A stretch of DNA of 64,000 bases. It comes from Gemmatimonadales bacterium (lineage in GTDB: Bacteria > Gemmatimonadota > Gemmatimonadetes > Gemmatimonadales > GWC2-71-9). The stretch lies in assembly GCA_038250675.1 (NCBI GenBank), contig JBBSCB010000002.1, positions 130,658 through 194,657 on the forward strand, in the 5' to 3' direction. How positions within the stretch are numbered: the stretch's first letter is position 1; each line of letters begins with the position of its first letter. This document shows positions 21,284 to 30,707 of the stretch, one piece after another. A program made the translations under genes and the position numbers. Below the pieces are notes generated by a model, which saw nothing but the letters and a program-made list of their open reading frames with translations, did no database searches and was not told where the DNA came from.

Positions 21284-21733
21284 ATGCGCCTGCTGCCGTG
21301 GCTGTTGCTCTCCGTCGCGCTCACGCCTGTGCCGGTGCGAGCCCAGGCGCCCGTCATCTCGACAGCCGGCGATCCGTCCGTGCAGAACGACTCGATCTAC
21401 CGGCTGGCCGTGAAGGCCGACGACTACCCAGACGAGCCGTTCGTCTATCTCCTGGACGACGGCGTGGCCCGCTTCGAAGCCGACGGAACCGGCCGGCGGA
21501 CCTATCGCCAGGTGGTGCAGATCCTCAAGCAGGATGCGGCGGCAGACTGGGCGGAACAGCAGATCGGCTACGCACCCGGCCATGGCCGCGAGCTCCACAT
21601 TGTCCGGCGAATCGAAGGGCGCCGCGGCAGCGAGCCGCCGGCGCACGTGGACGGTCTCGTCGCCTGGTTGCGTGCCGCCGCCAGGGACGACGCCCAGTAC
21701 GTGGTGCTGGAGCGTCCCCGCCGCACCCCATAG
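21284..21733 (+). CDS. exported protein, possibly a truncated N-terminal fragment of a larger DUF3857-like protein
   Basis: Signal peptide MRLLPWLLLSVALTPVPVRAQA. The mature part resembles the beginning of larger transglutaminase-associated exported proteins but stops after about 125 aa. Confidence 0.4.
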   Translation: MRLLPWLLLSVALTPVPVRAQAPVISTAGDPSVQNDSIYRLAVKADDYPDEPFVYLLDDGVARFEADGTGRRTYRQVVQILKQDAAADWAEQQIGYAPGHGRELHIVRRIEGRRGSEPPAHVDGLVAWLRAAARDDAQYVVLERPRRTP

Positions 21734-21766
21734 TCGGACCGGGCCGGCGCGGCGTTAAGTTGGATC

Positions 21767-22429
21767 ATGCCGCGCCCCACGCCATTCGACCTCGTCTTTG
21801 CTCCGATCGCCGACGAGCGATTCCCGCCCATCCGGAACGCGCTTGGCGGTGCCGACCCGCGCGATCGCGATCGATTCCTGCTGCTGCGCCAGGTCGTGCA
21901 GCTGATCCATGATCTCCGACCCGATGACGGCCTGGGTGAGGAGATCGGACAGCTCGCGGCGCTGATCCATCACGCGTACCTCTTCTGGGATGCCGGCACG
22001 CCCACGCTGGTCCTGAGCCCCGCCGATCTTGCGGCGCTGCTCCATGCGGGCACCGCACCGGCGGCGGTGCCCGGCGCCGCGCCGCCGCCGGCCTATTACG
22101 CACAGGTCCCCGAGCGCCGCGTCTGGGCCCGCGCGATTCCCGCCGCGCCGCCCGAGCCCCTCGACGGCTGCTTCATGTTCGCGGACGGGACCGGTGCCGA
22201 GCTGCACGTGCTCAGCGCGTTCGGGCTGCGGTCCGAGCGCATGGGCCTCACGGTCGTCGAAGTGGCCGGGCCACGCGCCGGGGCGCTCGCGCGGCCCGAC
22301 GGATCGGCCCTCTTTGGACCCGAACTCAAGGGCGGCGCGGCGGCGGGGCTCGCCTCCGTCGCCGGCGGCGAGGAGCTGCTCGAGCTCGGCTGGCGGACGC
22401 ACGTGCTCGCCGGGGAACGATCCGCTTGA
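21767..22429 (+). CDS. hypothetical protein (no recognisable domain)
   Basis: 220 aa with coding-like codon usage. Its TGA shares one base with the polX ATG (TGATG at 22427-22431). Confidence 0.6.
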   Translation: MPRPTPFDLVFAPIADERFPPIRNALGGADPRDRDRFLLLRQVVQLIHDLRPDDGLGEEIGQLAALIHHAYLFWDAGTPTLVLSPADLAALLHAGTAPAAVPGAAPPPAYYAQVPERRVWARAIPAAPPEPLDGCFMFADGTGAELHVLSAFGLRSERMGLTVVEVAGPRAGALARPDGSALFGPELKGGAAAGLASVAGGEELLELGWRTHVLAGERSA

Positions 22430-24186
22430 TGAGCGATGTGACCGGGCACAGCCTGGGCGAGTTCCTCGACCGACGCGCGGTGGTCAGCGTACTCGAGCAG
22501 ATCGGGGCGCTGCTCGAGCTGAAGGCCGAGAATGCCTTCCGGGTGCGCGCGTTCCGCACGGCCGCGCGCGCGGTAGCGGCGTTGACCAATGACCTTCGGC
22601 CGTCGCTCGCGGATGGTACGCTGGCCGCCACGCGCGGCATCGGACCGGTGACGCTCGGCGTGGTGACCGAGCTGGTGACGTCGGGCCGCTCCACGCTCGC
22701 CGAAAAGCTGCGCGAGGAGGTGCCGGCCGGCCTGGTGGAGATGGTTGAGGGTTCCGGCCTCAGCGTGGCGCGGGTCCGCTGCATCCACGAGCTGATGGGG
22801 ATCGAAACGCTTCCCGAGCTCGAGGACGCCGCGCGCGATGGCCGCCTCGCCGCGCTCCCGCGCTTCGGCCCGAAGACCGCCGCCAATGTCCTCAAGAGCA
22901 TCGCGTTCCTGCGTCAGGCGCGCCCGTACCGGCTGCTGCATCACGCCATCGATGAGGGGGAGTCACTGCGCACGGCGCTGGCCCGGCTGCCCGGCGTCGC
23001 GAACGCCATCACCGCCGGCGAGACCCGCCGGCGCTGCGAGGTGGTTGGCGGGCTGGTGACGGTCGTCGTGTCCGACGTCGGTCCCGCTGCACTGTTCCGC
23101 CAGCTCAACGACCTGCCGGGGGTCCATGAGTTCGCCGGCCAGGACGAGCGCCGGGTGACGCTGCGCTTTGCCGGCGGCGGCACGGCGCAGATCGTCGTGA
23201 CCACGCCCATCAACGCGGGGGCCGTGCTGCTGCAGTCCACCGGCAGCGCGGGTCATCTCCGGGACGTAACCGAGCACGCCACGGCGCGCGGCTTCAGTCT
23301 CCACGGCGCAGCGCTCTGGCGTGCCAGCAGCTTTGTGCCGACACCAGACGAGGCGACGCTGTATCGCGAGCTGGGCCTCGAACCGGTTCCCCCCGAGCTG
23401 CGCGAGGGCCGGGGCGAGGTGGCCGCCGCCGCGCGCGGCGCCCTGCCGACACTCGTCACGCGGAGCGACCTCCGCGGGCTGCTGCACTGCCACACACGGG
23501 ACTCCGACGGCGCCGATACGGTGGAGCAGATCGCGGTGGCGTGCCGCGAGGCGGGCTACGAGTACGTCGGCATCACCGACCACAGCCAGGCGGCCGCGTA
23601 TGCGGGCGGGCTTTCGCACGACCACCTCCGGCGCCAGGTGGACGAGATCGACGCCCTCAACGCACGGCTGGACGGCTTCCGGGTCCTGAAAGGCATCGAA
23701 GCCGACATCCTGCAGGACGGACAGGTCGACTATCCCGACGCGGTGCTCGCCCGGCTCGATTTCGTCATCGGCTCGGTGCACAGCCGCTTCGCCATGACCG
23801 GGCCGGCAATGACGGCGCGCATCCTCCGCGCGATGGACAACCCCTGGCTCACGATCATCGGCCATCCCACCGGCCGCCTGCTGCTCGCGCGGGAGCCGTA
23901 CGCCCTCGACATCGACGCCGTCATCGAACGCGCGGCCGCAGCGGGCGTGGCCCTCGAGGTCAACGCTGATCCTCACCGACTGGACCTCGACTGGCGGCGG
24001 CTGGCTCAAGCACGCGCCGCCGGCGTCATGATTTCGATCGGGGCCGATGCGCACAGTCTGGCCGGGCTGGCGAACGCGGAGTTCGGCGTGGCCATGGCCC
24101 GCAAGGGCGGGCTCGGACCGGGCGACATTCTCAACACCCGCAGCGCTGACGGTTTCCTGGCATTTGCACGGGCGCGGCGGTCGTGA
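22429..24186 (+). CDS. polX: DNA polymerase X family protein with C-terminal PHP domain
   Basis: N-terminal helix-hairpin-helix / 8-kDa-like region, Pol-beta-like nucleotidyltransferase fold (STGSAGH), and PHP motifs (HCHT, ITDHS, GSVHS, IGHPTG, LEVNADPHRLD). Confidence 0.9.
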   Translation: MSDVTGHSLGEFLDRRAVVSVLEQIGALLELKAENAFRVRAFRTAARAVAALTNDLRPSLADGTLAATRGIGPVTLGVVTELVTSGRSTLAEKLREEVPAGLVEMVEGSGLSVARVRCIHELMGIETLPELEDAARDGRLAALPRFGPKTAANVLKSIAFLRQARPYRLLHHAIDEGESLRTALARLPGVANAITAGETRRRCEVVGGLVTVVVSDVGPAALFRQLNDLPGVHEFAGQDERRVTLRFAGGGTAQIVVTTPINAGAVLLQSTGSAGHLRDVTEHATARGFSLHGAALWRASSFVPTPDEATLYRELGLEPVPPELREGRGEVAAAARGALPTLVTRSDLRGLLHCHTRDSDGADTVEQIAVACREAGYEYVGITDHSQAAAYAGGLSHDHLRRQVDEIDALNARLDGFRVLKGIEADILQDGQVDYPDAVLARLDFVIGSVHSRFAMTGPAMTARILRAMDNPWLTIIGHPTGRLLLAREPYALDIDAVIERAAAAGVALEVNADPHRLDLDWRRLAQARAAGVMISIGADAHSLAGLANAEFGVAMARKGGLGPGDILNTRSADGFLAFARARRS

Positions 24187-24848
24187 CGGCGCCGCGCCGC
24201 GGTGTCCGTGCCGCCGCCATCCGGGCCCAGGCGACCGAGATGCTCGCCCGCCTCAGGCGCGAATATCCCGACGCGCACTGCGCCCTCGATCACCGCAACG
24301 CATTCGAGCTGCTCTGCGCCACGATCCTGTCGGCGCAATGCACCGACGTGCGGGTGAACATGGTAACGCCGGCGCTCTTTGCCCGGTATCCCACGCCGGC
24401 CGCGCTCGCGCGCGCGCGCCAGCCCGGACTCGAGGCGATCATCCGCCCCACCGGCTTCTTCCGCAACAAGGCGCGCAGTCTCATCGGCATGGCACAGGCC
24501 ATCGTCGCGGACCACGCGGGCGTCGTGCCGCAGACGATGGGAGCGCTCCATGCGCTGCCGGGTGTCGGTCGCAAGACAGCCAACGTGATCCTCGGCAACG
24601 CCTTCGGCATCAACGAGGGCATCACCGTGGATACTCATGTCGGCCGGCTCAGCCGCCGCCTGGGCCTCTCGCGCCATGACGACCCGGTCAAGGTGGAGCA
24701 GGATCTCATGGGATTGATCCCGCGGGACGACTGGGCGCTGGTCTCGCATCTGCTGATTTTCCACGGGCGCCAGATCTGTACTGCGCGGAAGCCGCGCTGC
24801 GCTGACTGCGTGCTGGCGGACATCTGCCCGTCGGCGTTCACGGTATGA
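24183..24848 (+). CDS. nth: endonuclease III
   Basis: HhH-GPD fold (LPGVGRKTANVILG), VDTHV, and the C-x6-C-x2-C-x5-C iron-sulfur motif. Its GTG overlaps the polX stop codon. Confidence 0.95.
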   Translation: MTAPRRGVRAAAIRAQATEMLARLRREYPDAHCALDHRNAFELLCATILSAQCTDVRVNMVTPALFARYPTPAALARARQPGLEAIIRPTGFFRNKARSLIGMAQAIVADHAGVVPQTMGALHALPGVGRKTANVILGNAFGINEGITVDTHVGRLSRRLGLSRHDDPVKVEQDLMGLIPRDDWALVSHLLIFHGRQICTARKPRCADCVLADICPSAFTV

Positions 24849-24858
24849 GGCGCCGCCC

Positions 24859-26934
24859 ATGAACCGCCTCGCTCATGCCGTCTCGGCGTACCTGCGCTCC
24901 GCGGCGGGCCAGCCGATCCACTGGTACCCATGGGGCTCCGAGGCTTTTGCCGCGGCGCGCGCCGCGGATCGTCCCATCCTGCTGGACATCGGCGCGGTCT
25001 GGTGTCACTGGTGCCACGTCATGGACGGCGAATCGTACGAGGACCCGGCGCTCGCCGAATTTCTGAACGCCCGGTTCGTCTGCATCAAGGTGGATCGCGA
25101 CGAGCGACCCGACGTGGACACGCGCTACCAGCGCGCGGTCCAGCTCCTGACGCGGCAGGGCGGCTGGCCCCTCACGGCGTTTCTGACCCCCGACGGTGAC
25201 GTGTTCCACGGCGGCACCTACTTCCCGCCGGAGGGGAGGCTGGGTCGCCCGGGCTTCCGCACCGTGCTCAACGGGGTGCTGGATGCCTACCACGGCCGGC
25301 GCGAGCAGGTCTCGCTGCATGCGGCGGCGATCCGGCGCGCGGTGGTCGACGGACCCGACGCGGCGGAGCCCGGCCAGGTGACGCCGGCGCTGCTGGCGGA
25401 GGGCGAGGGACAGATGCTGGCCGCATTCGATCCGGCGCGTGGCGGCTTCGGCATCGAGCCCAAGTTTCCTCATCCCGGAGCCATCACGTTTCTGCTCCAC
25501 CGGTGGGACGACCAGCGTGCGGTGGCGCCGCGGGAGGCGGTCGAGCGGACGTTGCAGGGCATGGCGCGCGGCGGCATACATGATCAGCTCGGTGGCGGCT
25601 TTCACCGCTACAGCGTGGACCGCGAGTGGATCGTGCCGCATTTCGAAAAGATGTCCTACGACAACTCGGAGTTGCTGCGCAACTACGCCGATGCGTACAC
25701 CGCATTCGGCGCGCCGGAATATCTGGCGGCGGCGCGCGGCATCGTGCGCTGGGTGCGGGACGTGCTGGCGGATCCGGACGGCGGCTATGGAACGAGCCAG
25801 GACGCGGACGTCGGCCTGGATGACGACGGCGACTACTTCACCTGGACCCGGGCGGAAGCGGCCGCGGTGCTCGACCCCGATGCGCTGGAGATCGCGGCGG
25901 ATTTCTATGACATCGGCACGGCCGGCGAGATGCACCACAATCCCGCCAAGAACGTGCTGTACGTCGCTACGACGACGGCCGACATCGCCCTGAGGACGGG
26001 GCGAGCGGAGACCGCGGTGCGCGCCACGCTCGAGCGGGCCGACGCCGCCCTCCTGGCCGCGCGCAACCAGCGGACCCCGCCGTTCGTGGACCGGAGCCGC
26101 TACGCCGGGTGGAACGCGATGATGGCCGCCGCCATGCTGCGCGCGGCCGCGGTGCTCGACGACGAGCCGGCCCGCGCTCACGCGCTGGCCACCCTCGTCC
26201 GGCTCCGGCGCGAGTCGCCGGAGCCGGACACCGTGCCGCATACGGCGGGCGGCGTCGCGGGACTGCTGGACGATCAGGTGCACACGGCGGCCGCCGCGCT
26301 TGACGCCTGGGAGGCGACCGGTGAGTCCGCCTGGCTGGACTGGTCGCTGGCCATCATGCACCGCGTCTGGGCGGATTACCATGATGCCGAGGCCGGCGGC
26401 CTCTATGACACGACCGGGAGCGGTGACGCCGAAGGTCTCCTGCCCGCGCGTGCCAGGCCGGTGCAGGACGCTCCGACCCCGTCGGCCAACGGTACGGCCG
26501 GCATCGTGGCGGCGCGGCTGCACGCGCATACGGGCCAGATCATCTGGGCCGAACGGGCCGCGGCCCTCACCGAGTCGTTCGCCGGCAGTCTGGCCGAGCT
26601 GGGACTGTACGGCGCCACCTGCCTGATCGCGGCCGACTGGGTGCTCAATTCGCCGGCGCACCTGGTCGTGACCGGGCCCGCTGACAGCGCGGTGGCGGCG
26701 GCGATGCACGCGCGGGCGCTGCGCCACTTTGCGGCGCGCCGCGTAGTCCAGCGGGTGACCGGTGGGAGCGGCGGCGGTCAACTTCCGGCCGCCGCGGCCG
26801 GCATGGTCGCCGCCTCGGGCGGTGCGCCGCGGGCCTTTCTCTGCGCCGGGACGGCGTGCGGCGCCCCGGCCGCAACGCTCGAGGAATGGGAGCGGACCCT
26901 CGCCGACTTTTCGGCGACGGGAGCCATGGGGTAG
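24859..26934 (+). CDS. thioredoxin-domain protein, DUF255 / YyaL family
   Basis: [19 protein letters not shown] and [11 protein letters not shown], followed by a six-hairpin glycosidase-like C-terminal region. Confidence 0.9.
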   Translation: MNRLAHAVSAYLRSAAGQPIHWYPWGSEAFAAARAADRPILLDIGAVWCHWCHVMDGESYEDPALAEFLNARFVCIKVDRDERPDVDTRYQRAVQLLTRQGGWPLTAFLTPDGDVFHGGTYFPPEGRLGRPGFRTVLNGVLDAYHGRREQVSLHAAAIRRAVVDGPDAAEPGQVTPALLAEGEGQMLAAFDPARGGFGIEPKFPHPGAITFLLHRWDDQRAVAPREAVERTLQGMARGGIHDQLGGGFHRYSVDREWIVPHFEKMSYDNSELLRNYADAYTAFGAPEYLAAARGIVRWVRDVLADPDGGYGTSQDADVGLDDDGDYFTWTRAEAAAVLDPDALEIAADFYDIGTAGEMHHNPAKNVLYVATTTADIALRTGRAETAVRATLERADAALLAARNQRTPPFVDRSRYAGWNAMMAAAMLRAAAVLDDEPARAHALATLVRLRRESPEPDTVPHTAGGVAGLLDDQVHTAAAALDAWEATGESAWLDWSLAIMHRVWADYHDAEAGGLYDTTGSGDAEGLLPARARPVQDAPTPSANGTAGIVAARLHAHTGQIIWAERAAALTESFAGSLAELGLYGATCLIAADWVLNSPAHLVVTGPADSAVAAAMHARALRHFAARRVVQRVTGGSGGGQLPAAAAGMVAASGGAPRAFLCAGTACGAPAATLEEWERTLADFSATGAMG

Positions 26935-26996
26935 ATTTGGCACGGGACGGACGCGGTCCATCCCGCAGGATTTCACATACAGACCCGAGGAGTTCA

Positions 26997-27446
26997 GTGT
27001 CCAAGACCGCGACGATCGAAACCAGCAAGGGCACCATCGTGGCCGAGCTGTACGATACCGAAGTGCCGGGTACCGTGGCCAACTTCGAGAAGCTCGCCAA
27101 CAGCGAATTCTATGACGGCACGCGCTTTCACCGCGTGATCAGCGACTTCATGATCCAGGGCGGCGATCCGCTCTCGAAGGATCTCGCCAATCCGCGCGTC
27201 GGCACCGGCGGGCCCGGCTACCACATCAAGTGCGAGACCCACCTCAACACCCACAAGCACGTGGCCGGAACGCTTTCGATGGCGCACGCCGGCAAGGACA
27301 CCGGCGGCAGCCAGTTCTTCATCTGCCATTCGCCCCAGGCCCATCTCGATCGCAAGCACACGGTCTTTGGCCAGGTGACCGACGGCATGGACGTGGTCAA
27401 CGCCATTCGCCAGAACGACGTGGTGACGTCCGTTCGGGTCGCCTGA
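26997..27446 (+). CDS. peptidyl-prolyl cis-trans isomerase (cyclophilin type)
   Basis: [22 protein letters not shown] and GSQFFI. GTG start at 26997 with GAGGAG 5-10 nt upstream. Confidence 0.9.
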   Translation: MSKTATIETSKGTIVAELYDTEVPGTVANFEKLANSEFYDGTRFHRVISDFMIQGGDPLSKDLANPRVGTGGPGYHIKCETHLNTHKHVAGTLSMAHAGKDTGGSQFFICHSPQAHLDRKHTVFGQVTDGMDVVNAIRQNDVVTSVRVA

Positions 27447-27506
27447 ACCATCCAGCTCGATTTTGCGGTTCTCGCCGATTACGCCCTGATCGACCAGCAG
27501 GGCAAG

Positions 27507-27863
27507 TTGAGCGTGCTGGGGATCTTCCAGCACGTCTGGGTGGGGCAGTTCCCGGCGGTCCACCCGCGGACGCACCTGGTGCTTCGGGTTCGCGGCCGCC
27601 GCACCGAAATCGGTGTGCATACGATGAGGATCCGGTTCGTCGATGACGCCGGCACCGAGCTCCTCGGGGGTGAAGGCACGGTCCAGTTCGGGGAGCCGCC
27701 GGCGGGCGTGGTGGACGTGGAGGCGGGGGCGGTCCTCGTCTTCGACGTCCCGCTGCCGAAGCCGGGTGCCTATGCGTTCGAGATCGCGCTGGACGGCGGC
27801 GCCGGCACCCGCGTGCCGCTGACGGTGGCGCTCGCCACGCCGGCCCCGGACATGAACAACTAG
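27507..27863 (+). CDS. hypothetical protein; the true start may lie upstream of the annotated TTG
   Basis: The first canonical start is TTG 27507. The frame stays open and coding-like back to the cyclophilin TGA at 27444-27446. Confidence 0.55.
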   Translation: MSVLGIFQHVWVGQFPAVHPRTHLVLRVRGRRTEIGVHTMRIRFVDDAGTELLGGEGTVQFGEPPAGVVDVEAGAVLVFDVPLPKPGAYAFEIALDGGAGTRVPLTVALATPAPDMNN

Positions 27864-27879
27864 CGCGCGCCCGCCGGTT

Positions 27880-27908
27880 TTGACAAAGGGATGCGCGGAC
27901 GGTAGACT
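27880..27908 (+). promoter_or_regulatory. near-consensus sigma70-type promoter for the FadL-family gene
   Basis: TTGACA (27880-27885), a 17-nt spacer, then TAGACT (27903-27908). GGAG lies 7 nt before the ATG at 27976. Confidence 0.5.
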
Positions 27909-27975
27909 CCATTCCCCCCGATACATCCCATTCCCGTGGGCGCAGTTCCGGCAAGTCCCTTATTGGAGTGCATCT

Positions 27976-29379
27976 ATGCGAACGGTGTCTGTGAGGGTGG
28001 CTCTGGGCCTCCTTGCCGCCTCGGCGATGGTGCCCCGTGCGGCATCGGCCCAGGGGTACGGTATCTATGAGCAGGGTGCATGCGTAATGGGACGTGCCGG
28101 CACCGGCGTCGCGTCACCGTGCGCCGACGGCTCCAGCATCTTCTTCAATCCGGCCGGGATCGCGCTCGCCGATCGCCAGCAGTTCAGCGTCGGCGGCACC
28201 CTGATCGCCCCCCGCGGGGCATTCACCAACGACCTGACCGGCCAGCGGACCGCGCTCAAGAACGCGGTGTACCCCGTCCCCAATCTGTACTATGTCCGCC
28301 CCATCGGCGGTGGCCGGGCCGCACTCGGCATCGGCCTCTTTGCGCCCTACGGGCTGACGACGGAATGGCCGGACAATTTTGAGGGACGGTTCCTGGGCTA
28401 CAAGAGCAAAATCCAGGCGATCTACATCCAGCCCACCGCGGCCGTGAAGCTCGGACGGCGTGCCAGCCTTGGCGCCGGCTTCGACTTCTCGCTGGTGAGC
28501 GTGCAGCTCCGGCAACGGCTCGAGCTCTCGTCGCAGATCGCCTCGCCGCCGTCCATCACCTTCGCCAACCTGGGCATCCCGTACGGGACGGAGTTCGGCG
28601 ACGTCAACCTCCACGGGCACGGCTCCGGCGTGGGCTACCACGTCGGTATCGAAGTCGAGCCGATCCGGCGCGTGACGCTCGGCGCCCGCTATCTCTCGCG
28701 CCAGCTGGTCAAGATCAATAACGCCACGGCCGAGATCTCGCAGATCATGACCGGCATCATCCTGCCCCCCAACAACCCGGTGGCGGCCAACCCGGCGACC
28801 GGTCTCGGGCCGGCCGTCCCGGTGGATGGCCTGCTGGCGCCGCAGTTCGGAACCGGCGGACCGCTGACCAACCAGGCCGGCTCGACCTATCTGCGACTCC
28901 CCGAGCAGCTCGTGCTCGGCGTCGCCTGGCAGGTGACGCCGAAGGCCAAGCTGCTGGGCGACTTCCAGTACACCAACTGGACCGTGTTCAACCAGTTGGT
29001 CCTGGACTTCGATCTGCTGGGTCGGCGGGTGCTGCAGGAAAACTATCGGAAGGCGTACGGGTTCCGCTTCGGCGGTGAGTACATGGTGTCTCCCGCCACC
29101 ACGCTGCGCGCCGGCTACTACACGCACGGCGCGGCGGCACCGCCGGAAACCGTCACACCCAATCTGCCGGAAGGCGCCCGGGCGTCGTTCGCCGCGGGGC
29201 TCGGCACGCACCTCACGCGCAACGTGACCGTGGACGTGGCATACCAGTACATCGCGCAGGCGGACCGCCGGGGACGCACGGTGGACGGCGGGCTGGCGAC
29301 GCCGACCGTCGCGGTGAACAACGGCCTGTACACGTTCCACGCGCATCTCATCAGCGCCACGTTCGCCTTCGCCTTCTGA
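27976..29379 (+). CDS. outer membrane transport protein, OMPP1/FadL/TodX family
   Basis: Signal peptide, an N-terminal GYGIYEQGACVMGRAGTGVA hatch-like segment, beta-strand periodicity, and a C-terminal ATFAFAF ending in Phe. Confidence 0.85.
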   Translation: MRTVSVRVALGLLAASAMVPRAASAQGYGIYEQGACVMGRAGTGVASPCADGSSIFFNPAGIALADRQQFSVGGTLIAPRGAFTNDLTGQRTALKNAVYPVPNLYYVRPIGGGRAALGIGLFAPYGLTTEWPDNFEGRFLGYKSKIQAIYIQPTAAVKLGRRASLGAGFDFSLVSVQLRQRLELSSQIASPPSITFANLGIPYGTEFGDVNLHGHGSGVGYHVGIEVEPIRRVTLGARYLSRQLVKINNATAEISQIMTGIILPPNNPVAANPATGLGPAVPVDGLLAPQFGTGGPLTNQAGSTYLRLPEQLVLGVAWQVTPKAKLLGDFQYTNWTVFNQLVLDFDLLGRRVLQENYRKAYGFRFGGEYMVSPATTLRAGYYTHGAAAPPETVTPNLPEGARASFAAGLGTHLTRNVTVDVAYQYIAQADRRGRTVDGGLATPTVAVNNGLYTFHAHLISATFAFAF

Positions 29380-29396
29380 CCGGGAGACTCGACCGT

Positions 29397-30683
29397 ATGA
29401 CGTATCGGACTCTCGCGGCCTCTCTCCTGGTCGCCCTGCCGCTGATGGCGGGGTGCCGGCAGGACGAACGGCTCGCGCCACCAGATCTGTCGAATAACAG
29501 CGGGATGCTCGCGCACTATGTCGCGATGGGCAACAGCATCACGGCGGGCTTTCAATCCGCCGGGATCAACGACAGCACCCAGCGGCAGTCGTATGCCGCA
29601 GTCTTTGCCAGGCAGGCCGGCGCGCCCTACTTTTATCCGTCACTCAACATGCCGGGCTGTCCGGCGCCGTTCACGGTCAACACGACCCAGGCCCGCCTCG
29701 GCGGCGCCACGGCGGGCGGCTGCGCGCTCCGCGCCCCCAATCAGCTTCCGTTCCTGAGCAACGTGGCGGTGCCGGGCGCACACGCCATTGACGGCCTCAC
29801 CAACACCGACCCCGCGTCGGGCCCCAACATCCTGACATCGCTGGTGCTCGGTGGGCGCTCCCAGGTGACCGCCATGCAGGCCGCGCAGCCGACCTTCGTC
29901 ACGGTCTGGCTGGGCAACAACGACGTGCTGGGCGCGCTGACGAGCTCGACCAATCCCGGCGACCCCGCGCTGGTCACGTCGATCGCGGCGTTCCAGGCCA
30001 CCTACAAGGCGATCATCGACAGCGTCGCCGCCACCGGGGCCAGCGCGGCGCTGTTCGCCGTGGCCGACGTCACGGTGATCCCCTACAGCACCAGCGGCAC
30101 CATCTACTGGTGCCTCAAGACCGGCGTCTGCCCGGGCGTGCCGGCCGGCGGCTTTCCGCCGACGTTCACCGTGAGCAACAACTGCGCGCCCGGCGCGGCG
30201 GTCCCCGGCGCCAAGGGCGACTCGATCCTGGTGCCGTGGACCGTCGGCGTGACCAAGCTGTCCGCCGCCGCCGCCGGGTCGCCGCAGACACTCGACTGCT
30301 CGATCGACGCGCAGGTCGTGACCCCGCTCGAGTACAAGACGATGCGGGACGCCGTCGTGGGCTACAACGCCTTCATTGCGGCGCAGGCGGCGGCGCACAG
30401 CTGGCCCTACGTCGACCCCAACCCGACCCTCGCCGCCGCCAAGGCGGAGCCGGCCGTGGCGGGGCAGTACCCCAAGGTGGCCGTCTTCCCGTGCCTGCCG
30501 TTTCCGGGCGCACCGTGCGGCGGCAAGACCACGCCCACGTCGCCGGCGAATGTGCTGTTCGGGACCTACTTCTCACTCGACGGCGTGCATCCCACCGCTG
30601 AGGCGCATCGCGTCCTCGCGGACACGCTCATCTCGGCGGTCAACCGCGCGTACGGAACCAGCATCCCGTTCGCCGGACCCTGA
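29397..30683 (+). CDS. SGNH/GDSL hydrolase family lipoprotein
   Basis: Lipobox LMAGC, block I GNSITAG, block III GNNDV and block V DGVHPT. Confidence 0.8.
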   Translation: MTYRTLAASLLVALPLMAGCRQDERLAPPDLSNNSGMLAHYVAMGNSITAGFQSAGINDSTQRQSYAAVFARQAGAPYFYPSLNMPGCPAPFTVNTTQARLGGATAGGCALRAPNQLPFLSNVAVPGAHAIDGLTNTDPASGPNILTSLVLGGRSQVTAMQAAQPTFVTVWLGNNDVLGALTSSTNPGDPALVTSIAAFQATYKAIIDSVAATGASAALFAVADVTVIPYSTSGTIYWCLKTGVCPGVPAGGFPPTFTVSNNCAPGAAVPGAKGDSILVPWTVGVTKLSAAAAGSPQTLDCSIDAQVVTPLEYKTMRDAVVGYNAFIAAQAAAHSWPYVDPNPTLAAAKAEPAVAGQYPKVAVFPCLPFPGAPCGGKTTPTSPANVLFGTYFSLDGVHPTAEAHRVLADTLISAVNRAYGTSIPFAGP

Positions 30684-30707
30684 TCCGGAGGGTGACGGCG
30701 AGGCGGC

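Noticed and set aside
26938-26955. TGGCAC hexamer upstream of the cyclophilin gene, considered as a sigma54 -24 element.
   Set aside because: No TTGC-like -12 element follows at the correct spacing.
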